64,000 bases of DNA from assembly GCF_006345805.1 (NCBI RefSeq), contig NC_043003.1, positions 21,762,001 through 21,826,000 on the forward strand. Direction: 5' to 3'. The position numbers and the translations under genes are program-made. This DNA is from Octopus sinensis. Taxonomy: Eukaryota. Shown piece by piece: positions 1 to 12,172 of this stretch. Within the stretch, counting starts at the first letter, position 1. Each line of letters opens with the position of its first letter. Under the pieces are notes generated by a model that did not search any database, had not been told where the DNA came from, and saw only the letters and a program-made list of their open reading frames with translations.

Positions 1-717
1 CAATTTCAGTGTTCAGTAGAGCATAACAAAACTAAATCAAAATGAATTGTCCAACTGATGTGTAACAGAGTTGACAACTATAATGTTACATTTTTCTATG
101 GAATGGGAAAATAATCAGAAAAAGTAATTGCTTCTGTTATTAAAAAACAGCAATTATAATAATAAAATGTCAGTATTGACAGAGAGAATGTATTTGATAA
201 AGAAAATATTAATGATTTTCATTATAAAATAATTTCCATATTCGACTAGAGTTGTTTACAGTCCATTTTATGTCCTTTATATCCTTCTGTATAGAAGTAC
301 AGAAAAATATAAAGGACATAAAACGGAATGTTAAACCAGATACTGTTTTACAATCTACACCGGTATGGTTCAAAGGTCATATCCGAATATGCTTCATGGA
401 TTGAAAATATGAATATTTTCGATGTATTTCTGTCTGAAATCATAAGTTGGACTAAACACTTCCCTTCCTGCACATCATAAAACTATTTTTATAGGTTTTC
501 ATTGTTCATAATTTAGTGGTATGCATGAGTGTATATCATAGAAATAAATACAGTAAGTGGAGCTGATACTATACCAGTTAATGATGAATAAAGACATTAA
601 TCAAAGAATTTCTGAAAATTAATATGAAATATAATAATAATGGTGATGATGTCTTTAAAATTTATTCACAGTCATGAAAAATTATTTGAGATAACTTAAA
701 GCCTGTTGTATACTTAC

Positions 718-792
718 TTCCAATTCCTCAAAACTTGTGTTACCATCAGTGATTTTTTTCCCAATCCCAGAATCGAAAGAACTGTAGCGTTC
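718..792 (-). CDS. xylA: xylose isomerase exon 14 (ERYSSFDSGIGKKITDGNTSFEELE), 75 nt
   Basis: Acceptor poly-T-ctacag|, donor GAA|gtaagt. ERY.S...GIG motif. Ends at a donor with no stop, so at least one more exon follows. Confidence 0.95.
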
Positions 793-1799
793 CTGTAGAA
801 AAAAAAAAAAGGTGATATATCATTCATTTAGGGAAAGACTAAGCTACAAAAGTCAGATGTTAAGTATATTTAACAAAGAAGAAAAGCTGAGAGTAAAAGA
901 TTTGCGCATGTTCTGTGATGTAATGATCAGATGTGCGAGGATTCCTGACAGCAAGACAAAGTACTAGAGACAATTTTGAGAAGGCTGTGCGAAATGATAA
1001 AGCCATTACTAACAGGGAAAAGAAAAAGGTATGGAAGTATTATTATAAGAGGTTGTGGTGAACAAAAACAAAATCAAAATCGATCAACATCAATGGAAAT
1101 CGTAGCTGTGATACCATAAGAGAACCATCCGAACGTGGCAATTGCCAGCGCCACCCCGACTGCCTCCATGCCAGTGGCACATAAAAAGCACCATCCAATC
1201 ATGGAGTGGTTGGCGTTAGGAAGGGCATCCAGCCGTAGAAACATTGCCAGATCAGACTGGGCCTGGTGCAGCCTTCTGGCTTCCCAGACCCCAGTTGAAC
1301 CATCCAACCCATGCCAGCATGGAAAGCGGATGCTAAACGATGATGATGGTGATGAATTGTTCATAAGGTGTTGTTACATCATTCACACACAGCCACATGC
1401 AAATGCCTTGCAACGCTGGCGATCATACTGGGTCACCAAAGTTGCAAGGCATTTGTGTGTGGCTGTATGTAGATGATGCAACAATATCTCACAAACATTT
1501 AATAACTTTTTTCATGTGATGTCTGGATGCTGATTGTTCCATAACCTGGCCACTCACAAGAACAAGAAGTTGTGATGCCATGGTTTTAACTTAGCAATTT
1601 GTTGACTTGGTTTTGAGTCTTGCTACAAGGTTGGTGAATGAAGAGAAGATATGGGAGAAAGAGCATCTATTAGGGACCAGCCATTGAAGTTGGTAGCTTT
1701 GTGACTAAGTGTGAGATTAATGGAAAGTCTCTGGAATAGTTGCTGAGATACTGGAAATATTTGGTGAGGTAGGTTGCAAGTTAGTAACTCACATTAACA

Positions 1800-2260
1800 T
1801 TTAGGCAGTATAGGGAGATACCATAGCCAATGACTGGAGTAATAGTAACATTCTAAAATGTCACAAGAGCAAAAGAGATGCACTTGAAGGTGGTAATGAC
1901 AAAAGCATTAAATCGATGGACAAGATTATGGAAGTTATGTAAAGAATTATAAAATTTTCGGAAACATTTTTTCACTCTAAGAGTTGCTAAAGTATGGAAC
2001 AAACTGCTGGCATTAGTTGTTAGTTGTCAGAGCACTGCATCCTTCAAAACTTCCATGCTTCCTGAGATTCGCCAACACTACACCTGATTTTCTCCCCTCC
2101 ATACACACGCAAGCATGTATCTGATTCATACACTGTTCACTTTCCAGACATTTGTACATTACTGCATATGCTTTATACGCACTTTTGACAAGTTGTGATG
2201 CACCCGAGCACTGTATACAATAATTTTATTATTATTATAATTATTATTATTATTATTACA
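1800..2260 (+). mobile_element. CR1/L2-type LINE 3' fragment with (TTA)n tail
   Basis: Degenerate RKHFFTLRV...WNKL coding end plus 3' UTR shared with copies at 7265, 18690 and 57189. Confidence 0.75.
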
Positions 2261-2261
2261 A

Positions 2262-2740
2262 TTGATTAGGAACAAAATTAGCCTTGATGTAATGCAGTTC
2301 AGCTTTGTACCAGGAAGAGGTGCTACTGATGCTTGCTTTTTAGTGAGACAACTGCAACAGTACATAGCTAAAAGTAAACCATTATACCAAATTTTCATTA
2401 ATCTGAAGAAGACCTTCAACAGAGTTCAACACACTGTAGCCTAGAGGTCACTAAAGAAACAAGGGAGTTTGTAAGGTCCATACAAGCCATGCACAGAGAC
2501 ACAGCCAACAAGATGAAACTCAGCAATGAATTCAGTGACAAATTTATTGTGTCAGGAATGGGTCTGTCAGGGCTCAATCCTCAGCTGCCTCTTGTTTGAT
2601 AAAGTTATCCAAGCTCTAACAGGAAGTTACGACCAGCTACCTTCTGAGCCAATGAACAAGTTCTTTAAGAAAAATCTGTAGAAGATTAAGTGCAGAGTTT
2701 CCAAATGAAGGACCTCAAAGTAAACCTAACAAAGACTGAG
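2262..2740 (+). mobile_element. Degenerate RTE-clade LINE reverse transcriptase fragment
   Basis: ISLDVMQFSFVPGRGATDACFLVRQLQQYIAKSKPLY parallels the RT of the 50860-53668 element (VSLDEMQFGFVPGKSTTDAIFLVRQLQEKYLAKDKPLY). Confidence 0.85.
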
Positions 2741-3785
2741 TTCAGCATTACCCTTTAAAACTACTATCACAACATTCATGTAACAATGGATGGCACTAGA
2801 TGTATATAGGAAGAGCATCCAGCTGTAGAAACTCTGCCAGATCAAGATTGGAGCCTGGTGCAGCCATCTGGTTCACCAGCCCTCAGTCAAAATCGTCCAA
2901 CCCATGCTAGCATGGAAAGCGGACGTTAAACGATGATGATGATAGAAATATATTATCCTCGTGCCATCACCCTTCTTTACTGCTAATCATCACTTTCTTT
3001 CTTCTGTTTATTAACATTATCACTCTTTATTAACATTCACCACACTTTCTCATACCATCACTAACTTGCTCTCATCATTATCCATTTTTATGGCTTTCTT
3101 TCAGTCCTTTACACACACACACACACACACACACACTATCTCTCACACACATTACGCTTTCTTCTAATACTGTGTTCACATACATTGTTCTCCCTCCTTC
3201 CCATTACTCTCCGCATTTCCTTTTCCCCCTATAACACTGCACTCATTGCATTTCTAGTCAGTCTCCTTATCAACAAGCAAAGTGTCTCTTCTATTACTAT
3301 TTCCTTTGCCAACCTATTGCTCTTATCACTGTTCCTCTATTATACTCATACTTAGCCTTCAATTCACCTTTTGGCTTTGTTTGCCTTGAATGAATGAAGT
3401 CTTTTATAGAGTAGAGAGGACATTTTAGCCTTCCCAAGAGCAAAACAACTTCTCTAGTCCTGGTGCAAGGAGGAGGCAGAGGAGGAGGAGGAAAGTAGAG
3501 CAAATCCAGGAAACAACACTCCTTGGAAGTGCAAAGAGTCTTAGTTCATGAGAAATGAACAGCTGCTTTACTAATGACACTTCCAGCAACAAATTGTGTA
3601 TGTTAGATATAATAATAGTAATAACTATAATGATACAGCTTTTAAATCATCTAAAATCAGCTTTAAAATTCATCTTCTGCTCTTTTTAACCATACACACA
3701 CATAATTGAATACTTGTGATTCAAGTATAATATAGCAAAAAACACTAAAATGGTAAGCAAGTGATAGCATAGAATTAATCCTTAC

Positions 3786-3865
3786 CTTAACTGCAGCGGG
3801 AATAACACCATCAGACAGAATTTTGGCAGCCACTAATAAACCTTGAGCAAATGTATCCATGGCTC
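3786..3865 (-). CDS. xylA: xylose isomerase exon 13 (G-AMDTFAQGLLVAAKILSDGVIPAAVK), 80 nt
   Basis: Acceptor cttattcag|, donor AAG|gtaagg. GMD.FA.GL..A motif. Confidence 0.96.
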
Positions 3866-5227
3866 CTGAATAAGTCAAAAACAAGGTTTTATTTTTCGTT
3901 TTGGGATTTGGTTTACAAGATTCTTTATATGAGTTCGTGTGTTGAAGCATATTCTGTTGTGTCTGGGGAGAGTCATTTTCTTTTTGTGCCTTATAACATA
4001 ACACACTCACTAGTAAAATTTCCACTTTTTATTATTCTTATTTTCCTAAAATTTTCGTTGCATCTTGCAACCTTTCCAATAGTTTTGACTCTGAGAGTCA
4101 AAACTATTGAAAAGTGGAAATTTTACTGGTGAGTGTGTTATAAAGCACAAAAAGAAAATGACTCTTCCCAGACACAACAGAAGGTTTTATTTGTTTCAAA
4201 TCTCTGAGCGAGAGATATACAGTAACAGTACCAAATAGTAAAGTTTATATGACAACAGAATGTGGCAGTCCTATAAGGTAACATCGTCCTTTACAGGACT
4301 GCCACATTTTGTTGGCATATAAACTTTACTGAGGCGTTATTTGTTTTTGTGTGCTAAGTATTGTAAAAATTCATGAGTAATATGTTATCATGGTATAAAA
4401 CACAATGTGATTTATCTTCTCAGCTTTTATTTGTTTCAGTCATTGGACCGTGGCCATGCTGGGACACTGCTTTGAAGGGTTTAGTTGACCAAATCAATCC
4501 CAATATTTATTTTTTCAAACCTAATATTTTATAATATTGGTTTTTTTTTGCTGAACCACTAAACCACAAGGATGTAAACAAACTAACACTAGTTGCCAAG
4601 TAGTGGCAGTGGTGCTCAAACACAAAGATATACACATATATATATGATGGGCTTCTTTTTATTTTCTGTCTACCAAATCCACTCACAAAGTTTTGGTTGG
4701 TTTGGAGCTATAGAAGACACTTACCCAGAGTGCCACACAGTGGAAATGAAAGGGATCTAAATTATCTTATAAAAAAAAATATCATGCCATGTATAAAACG
4801 CAGTATTGCACAACTGCATATAGAGTTTGTGCAAGCAAGTCTCTTTTCTTAAAACCAAAGTTTATTGAAAGGAAAACCCACTGACTTGGGATCAATACAG
4901 CTTGGTACAAATGTCTTTGATACAAAGATTCAGAACAAATACTGCAAGGCACCTTGTTTGACCCTCTAGCAATACCTATTTCTTTACTACCCACAAGGGG
5001 CTAAACACAGAGGGGACAAACAAGGACAGACAAACGGATTAAGTCGATTATATCGACCCCAGTGTGTAACTGGTAAAATAACAAAAGACAGGATTGAATG
5101 ACAAGAAACAACTGTAAATCTCTTTTTCTCTCTCTCTACCTTCGTTAATAAGACAATATTGATATTGTATAGTCAGATGGTAACAAAGAACTTGAAAAAT
5201 GTCCAGATCAAAGACAAGCATACACAC

Positions 5228-5330
5228 CAATGTGAGAAATGAACATATCATTCAAATGTGTCGACTCTCGGCGTACTTTACAATCAAAGTTCAGACCTCC
5301 AGGCTGGAGTCCACCTTGCTGCAAGACTGT
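5228..5330 (-). CDS. xylA: xylose isomerase exon 12 ([35 protein letters not shown]), 103 nt
   Basis: Acceptor tatttcag|, donor G|gtgtgt. GGLNFD.KVRRES motif. Confidence 0.96.
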
Positions 5331-5629
5331 CTGAAATATAATGAGAAATCATTAGAAAAATTATAATGAACAAAATTATTGAAAATATGCTACGATATTA
5401 CAATCTGAGCTTTCTCTTATAATTCCATTTACATTCCATTCACATATCAGCAGAGGTATGGTGGAATGATTGAGTAGTTTGCTTCCCAATCATGTGGTTT
5501 TGGATTCAATCTGATTGTGTAACACCTTAAACAAGTCTCTTCTACTATAGCCCCAGGCTGACCAGAAGCATCATCCAGCAGTAGAAAAAAATCTACCTCA
5601 ACAAATTCTGTCTGACCCATGTAGACATT

Positions 5630-6402
5630 AAAATGATAAATGATTAGCCATGCTACATGGCTGTGACAGCTGAGAGCATGCATAGGTTTGAAAGAAATGA
5701 AGCTAGTATGCTTTGCTGGATGTGTAATATCAGTGTGCATACATGACAAAGTGTAAGCGCCCTGAGAGAAAAGTTGGACATAAGAAGCATCAGATGTAGT
5801 GTGCAAGAGAGACGACTGTGCTGGTATGGCCATGTATTGCATATAGATGAGGACAGGTGTGAAGAAGTGTCACACCCTAAAAGTAGAGGGAACATGTGGA
5901 AGTGGTAGACCCAGGAAGACATGGAATGAGGTGATGAAGCACGACCTTCAAATGTTGGGCCTCACAGAGGCTATGACAAGCAACCGAGAACTTTGGAGAT
6001 ATGCTGTGCTTGAGAAGACCCGGAAAGCCAAGTGAGATTGTAGCTGTGGCCCATTTAAAAGTACCCTTCAATCATCAGGTAAAATGCTGTGCTTCAGAAG
6101 ACCTGTTGAGTCAAGTGAAATTGTAGTCATGGCTGATACCAGTGCCACCTGACTGGCATCCATGCTGGTGGCACGTAAAAAGCACCATTCAAGTGTGGTT
6201 GATACCAATGCCGCCTGACTTGCCCTTTCCCCCTTGCCAGTGACATGTAAAAAACGTCCACTACACTTTTGGAGTGGTTGCCATTAGGAAGGGCATCCAG
6301 ATCAGATTGAAGTCTGGTGCAGCCTCCTGGCTTGCCAGTCCTCAGTCAAACCGTCCAGCCCATGCCAGCATGGAAAGCGGACATTAAATGATGGTGATGA
6401 TA
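5630..6402 (+). mobile_element. RTE LINE 3' fragment plus its (GAT)n-tailed 3' repeat
   Basis: VKKCHTLKVEGTCGSGRPRKTWNEVMKHDLQMLGLTEAMT matches the RTE C-terminus; followed by the catggaaagcggacattaaatgatg tail. Confidence 0.85.
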
Positions 6403-6709
6403 TGTATCATCATCATTTAATGTCCATTTTCCATGTTGACATACACAGATATATATATACACACACACATGACAGGCTTCTTTCAGTATTCAAATTCAAC
6501 TAACAAGGCTTTGGTTAGCCTGGAACTATAGTAACAAGACACTTGCCTAAAGTTCCACACAGTGGGATTGAACCCAAAACCATACAGATGGGAAGCAATG
6601 TCCGTGCCTAAAACCAAATTATGGACCAATTTCACTGCTATATCATAGACCTTGTGTAAAGAAGACAAAAAACAAAACAAATTCAATTTCAAACAAGTCC
6701 GGTGCTTAC

Positions 6710-6815
6710 TTTCATAACAAATGCTGTGTTTTTAACATCCATTGGAAATTCATCTGTATCCCAACCAAGTTCAGGGGATCCTGTGTTGGAATCAATTGAG
6801 CCCAGCATACCAAAA
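6710..6815 (-). CDS. xylA: xylose isomerase exon 11 ([36 protein letters not shown]), 106 nt
   Basis: Acceptor atttgcag|, donor AAA|gtaagc. GSID.N and GWDTD motifs. Confidence 0.97.
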
Positions 6816-7264
6816 CTGCAAATAAGAAAGACAGAAGAAAACACAAGAATGTGTAGTATTATTTCTGATATCATCATCATTTAACGTCCATTACACATGC
6901 TGGCATGGGTTGGATGGTTCAACAGGAGCTAGTGAACAAGAGGACTGCAGCAAATTAGTGTCTGCTTTAGCATGGTTTCTACAGCTGAATACCTTTCTTA
7001 ATACCAACCATTTTACAGTTTGTAGTGAGAACTTTTTATGTGATACTGTTATTAGTGAGGTCACCAGGTAGCTTGCAAGACAAGACTCATATCAGCTGAG
7101 TGAGGAGTAGTATTGAGGGAGTTGGCCATATGCCAGTTGATGAGAGGTAAAGTATGACAGAGAGACAGGGACAGATGTTTGACTGTAAGGAATGTTCAGT
7201 TGGCTATTCTCCACACGTATATTGTTGTTGTTTAGCTCCAGATTAGCTCTAAATCAAGCAAATT

Positions 7265-7590
7265 TAATAATAATAATAATGAAATTATTGTATACAGTGC
7301 TCAGGTGCACCACAACTTGTCAAAAGTGCATATAAAGCATATGCAGTAATGTACAAATGTCAGGAAAGTGAACAGTGTACGAGTCAGATACATGCCTGCG
7401 TGTGTGTATGGAGGGGAGAAAATCAGGTGTAGTGTTGGTGAATCTCAGGAAGCATGGAAGTTTTGAAGGATGTAGTGCTCCGACAACTAACAGCTGATGC
7501 CGGCAGTTTGTTCCATGCTTCAGCAACTTTTAGCATGAAAAAATGTTTCTGAAAGTCATGGGAGGTGTTTGACAGCTTCACAGTCATAAT
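7265..7590 (-). mobile_element. CR1/L2-type LINE 3' fragment
   Basis: Reverse complement of the family at 1800-2260; ends in (AAT)n. Confidence 0.75.
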
Positions 7591-8066
7591 CTAAAGATTG
7601 TATTTATTTTTTCAGAAATAGCATGACTGTGAGGTGCAGGTATGGAAGTTTGTCTTGCAACCATGTGGTTCCAGATTCAATCTCATTGTGTGGCATCTTC
7701 TTGAGCAAGTATCTTCTATTTGGCCTATTCACTCATTGTGAGTGGAAACTGAGGAAGTGTGTTGTGTTGTGTGTGTGTATGTGTGTTTACATGCTGATTG
7801 TAAACAAAGTCACCTTTCACACAAAAACGGCCTCATTTGTCTGATGGGCAGACAGACAGAGGCATTGTGATGGTTTCTGCACAGTTCCATCTACCATATT
7901 TTATTCATAAGCTATTGGTCAATCTGATGTTATGGTAGAAGGCACTCGCTGAAAGTATCCTTGCTGTAGGATTGAACCTGTGATCATTTAACTGGGAAGC
8001 AAACTTGTTAACCACACAGCCATCAGATGATCAAATAAAAAGAAGTGGAAAATAAAAGTTACTTAC

Positions 8067-8137
8067 GATGAAGCCATGGCAACATCATGATCGTAACAAT
8101 GTCCGGCTAATGTTGTGTGATTTGGTTCAATGTTGAG
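8067..8137 (-). CDS. xylA: xylose isomerase exon 10 (LNIEPNHTTLAGHCYDHDVAMAS), 71 nt
   Basis: Acceptor cttcctcag|, donor TC|gtaagt. NIE.NH metal-ligand motif. Confidence 0.97.
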
Positions 8138-9548
8138 CTGAGGAAGAAAATATAAAAAGAAACTTAAAAAGTAATTTTCTACTCAGATATAATTTTTTCT
8201 CAGTTATTTTTTACTTGTTTAAGTCATTAATCAACGGCCATGCTGGGGTACTACATTGAAGGGTTTAGTTGAAAACGTCTACCCGAACACTTGTTTTTAT
8301 GTCTCATGCTTTTTCTGTCAGTCTCTTTTTTAAACCTCTAAGAGTTGTGGGACATAAACAAACCAACATTGGTTGTCAAGAGGTGGGGTGATGACAAATA
8401 CAGAGACACACACAGACATATATATACACGCAACCAGACATGCAAGCTTCCACACAGTTTCCATCTACCAAATTCATTCACAAGCTACTGGTCAGCCTGA
8501 GGCTATAGTAGAAGACATTTGTCCAAGGCATTGTGCAGCAAGACTGAACCTGGAACCACATAGTTGGAAACTGAGCTTTTTAACCACATAGCCATGCTTG
8601 CACTGAGTCAATAACGAATTAATCATATCTACACAATGCTTCTAATAGCTTAAAATCTGAGACAAATGCAGACATGAAAGATGATGATGATGATGATGAT
8701 GATAATAACTGTCATATCTTTAAATTAGATTCTTTCATCTAAATATTAGTAGCAGGAGATGTCTAATCATCTAACTTTGACTGAGTGAAAAATGTTGTGG
8801 CTTAGCCCCAGCTCAGCCCTGGTAACATAGACCTATGATTAATGACATTCCAGCTGTGACCTTCCCGTCTTTATTTTTAGACAGTGTAACAAATATATCC
8901 TTTACTTTAAGACAGCAGGTATTCTAACGATTTCATCAGTTCACCATCCTAGATTGATATTTCATAAAGGTAAAAAACAAAGACAACCATAACAGGGTTT
9001 GAGATCAGAATATATGTGTAAGGGTGTATACCACACTGCATTTCACCTGATGTTCAAATCATCATCATCATCATCATTGTTTAACGTTCGTTTTCCATGC
9101 TAGCATGGGTTGGACAGTTTGACCGGGGTCTGGGAAGCCAGGAGGCTGTGCCAGGCTCCAGTGTTTGCTAATTTGCCACCTAATTTTAGATTATTTCAGT
9201 GAGGCATTAAATACTTGCAGAATATTGGACTTGGTTCATCTTCATCATCGTTTAATGTCTGTTTTCCATGCTGGCATGGGTTGGACGGTTTGACAGGAGC
9301 TGGCCAGCCAGAGAATCACCCAGTTCATGAAATAAGTGGTTGGTGTTAGGAAGGGCATCCAGTCATAGAAACCATACCAAAGCTGACTCTGAAGCATGAT
9401 AAGGACTGCATCATTGGATCCTGTCAAACTGTTCAGTCCATGCCAGCATGAAACATGGATGTTAATGATGATGATGACTGGAGTGAGATACCAAAGGAAT
9501 GAGAAAGAAAAGCAGGCAGTTAATATTGTATTGTGTTTCCTTTATTAC

Positions 9549-9604
9549 CTTAAAATGTTTTTCCAATCCAAAATGCTTCAAAAATGCTATCACAGTCATG
9601 GCAT
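9549..9604 (-). CDS. xylA: xylose isomerase exon 9 (D-AMTVIAFLKHFGLEKHFK), 56 nt
   Basis: Acceptor ttttgcag|, donor AAG|gtaata. Phase fits both neighbours. Confidence 0.93.
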
Positions 9605-9874
9605 CTGCAAAAGTTAACGATACATTGATATAATCATCTACTTTCAATAAATTTCTTTCTATAATAGTACCACTAGGTGTAATTAATCTAGGACACAATT
9701 TAAAAATGAATTGTATTACTCTTCCTTTTCTACAACTGGGATCTCTTCCTGTTATTAAACATCACATGTTTTCAAACAAGGTAATATTTCCCACAGCCCT
9801 TTGAATATGAACATAGACATGTTTTCATGAGAGAATGTAGACAAATGACACTGCTTGTATGATGGTAACATACC

Positions 9875-10290
9875 TATTTCTTTACTACCCACAAGGGGCT
9901 AAACACAGAAGGGACAAACAAGGACAGACAAATAGATTAAGTCGATTATATCGACCCCAGTGCGTGACTGGTACTTATTTAATCAACCCTGAAAGGATGA
10001 AAGGCAAAGTCGACCTCGGTGGAATTTTAACTCACAACGTAACGGCAGACGAAATACCTATTTCTTTACTACCCACAAGGGGCTAAACACTGAAGGGACA
10101 AACAAGGACAGACAAACGGATTAAGTCGATTATATCGACCCCAGTGCGTGACTGGTACTTATTTAATCGACCCTGAAAGGATGAAAGGCAAAGTCGACCT
10201 CAGCGGAATTTGAACTCCGAATGTAGCAGCAGACGAAATACCGCTAAGCATTTCGCCCGGCACGCTAACGTTTCTGCTAGCTTACCACCT
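9875..10290 (-). mobile_element. tRNA-derived SINE (family B), head-to-tail dimer with 16-bp TSD
   Basis: A/B-box-like head. 184-bp internal duplication. TSD atgatggtaacatacc at 9859-9874 and 10291-10306. Confidence 0.85.
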
Positions 10291-10609
10291 ATGATGGTAA
10301 CATACCTTTACAGTTAGCATGCAGTATCAAGAATAGGAGGTATGAAAACACACACAGAAAACAGTCATCTTTCAATTTCTTTCAACCAAATCCACTCATA
10401 AGGCTTTGGTCAGCCCAGGACTATTGTAGAAGACACTTCTCCAAAGTGTCACACAGTGGGAGTGAACATAAAACAAATAAAAAATTTTGGTTGGACATGG
10501 TGTATTTAATATTAAAGGGTTAAATGAAGTTAAAAGCCTGTGTGTGTTTTTGAAAGGCTAATAATGGTCTGTATGTGTCTTCCATGCTGTAAAGTAAAAG
10601 AACACTCAC

Positions 10610-10693
10610 CATAATCATATTGGTGTGAAGTTGGTTCCTTAGGTTTAGGCTCCAAAAGAAACTGGCATTTTAGGCCTATTTTTTCCTTGTAAG
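10610..10693 (-). CDS. xylA: xylose isomerase exon 8 ([28 protein letters not shown]), 84 nt
   Basis: Acceptor aattttag|, donor G|gtgagt. EPKPKEP motif (metal-ligand Glu and catalytic Lys). Confidence 0.97.
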
Positions 10694-11199
10694 CTAAAAT
10701 TACAAAATGGGTAAAGTTTCATATAAAACAACATCAGAATAATGAATTTTCCTCGAAAATAGCTCAATGAATTATTGTTGTTGTTATTGTCCTACATTCT
10801 TGGAATTATGAAAGAGAAGAAGATCAGCTACTAGGAATGAAAAAAAAGAAGTTAATTTGAGAGGAATTTAAATTCAGAGTGAAGGTATATAACTATATAC
10901 AGCTAAAAATTTTATCAAAAATTACTGTTATCTGTCTTACTAATAATGAATATATTAATGTAAAAAATTAAAAAAACAATATTAATGTAAGAAATCAATA
11001 ATAATAAATATACTTTTACAATCTAATGAGTGAATAGACAAGAATTAATTAAAGAACTTAATACAAGTTATACAAATAATTTAGTGAAGTATAAACCAGT
11101 GTGCAAAGTGACGCCTTCCAGAAAAACCTGTTTTGTAAGATCCTTCCTACTTGTCAAAGAAAAATCAATTTTATAAATTTTCAACTATAAAGGGCTCTT

Positions 11200-11710
11200 T
11201 AAGTAATGAATAACTATCCGTCCATCTTTGCACACTGTTCCTGGGAGGGTAATGGGGATAGAGTCCTCAGGCACCTCCTCCATAAACTCCTACCAGAATC
11301 AACTGTCTTTACACTTTCTGACTGGATTCCCAAGCATGAACTGAGACTATGGATATTATTCAACCATCTCATGCTTGGTCTACCCTTAGATTTCCTGCCA
11401 GTCATTTTGGCTTCAAGGATCCATTTTGCAATTCTTTCCTGCAACATTTTAATCACATGTCCATAGTACTGAAGCTGTGACTTCTCAAGGCTGAGATGTA
11501 ACAACTTGGCCTGGAGAGAATCACTGATCTTCAAAGCTACATAATGTTACTCCAGAGATCCTTCAAAAGAACCCCATTTCAGTTGCAAGTATTCATGATC
11601 ATACACCTTTGGTCATTATCCAACATTCACGACCATAGGTGAGGATAGGCATGTAAACTGAACTGAAGATAGTGAAGTTGGCTTTTTACTAACCTCTCCT
11701 CTTCTCAGGA
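11200..11710 (-). mobile_element. RTE/BovB-like LINE 3' fragment
   Basis: QLQYYGHV...ILEAKMTGRKSKGRPSMRWLNNI is typical of the RTE-BovB C-terminal region. Confidence 0.8.
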
Positions 11711-12076
11711 TCAAATGCTGAAGCTAGACCATTTTGCAATTCTAGCATTCACACAAAAAATTATAGATTTAAAAAAATTTTGATATTTTTAATAATATGA
11801 AGTAAAAATTTATTTCATTTTTGGATTTTGTTTGCAAGATTCTTTATATGAGTTCGTGTGTTGAAGCATATTCTGTTGTGTCTGGGGAGAGTCATTTTCT
11901 TTTTGTGCCGTATAATGTAACACACTCACTGGTAAAATTTCCACTTATTTCTTATTTTTATTTTCCTAAAATTTTTGTTGTATCTTGCAACCTTTGCAAT
12001 AGTCAGTAGAAATTATATCTTGAGAAAGAGAGAGAAAATAAAATGATATATAAACATGCAGTGAAATGATAATTAC

Positions 12077-12172
12077 CAACAGCCATTTTGAAGAAATTTG
12101 CCATGTGTGTCAGTTCAGCAAGAATATTAGTGTTGAGTAATGTCTGGAATCCTTCTCGTCCACCCCAGAATA
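12077..12172 (-). CDS. xylA: xylose isomerase exon 7 ([32 protein letters not shown]), 96 nt
   Basis: Acceptor ttttaaag|, donor G|gtaatt. WGGREG motif. Confidence 0.97.

Noticed and set aside
394-429. Candidate last xylA exon (cag|KYIENIHIFNP*)
   Set aside because: Phase fits and it starts KYI, but it lacks the conserved SG(K/R)QE..E...N C-terminal motif. The true last exon more likely lies left of position 1.
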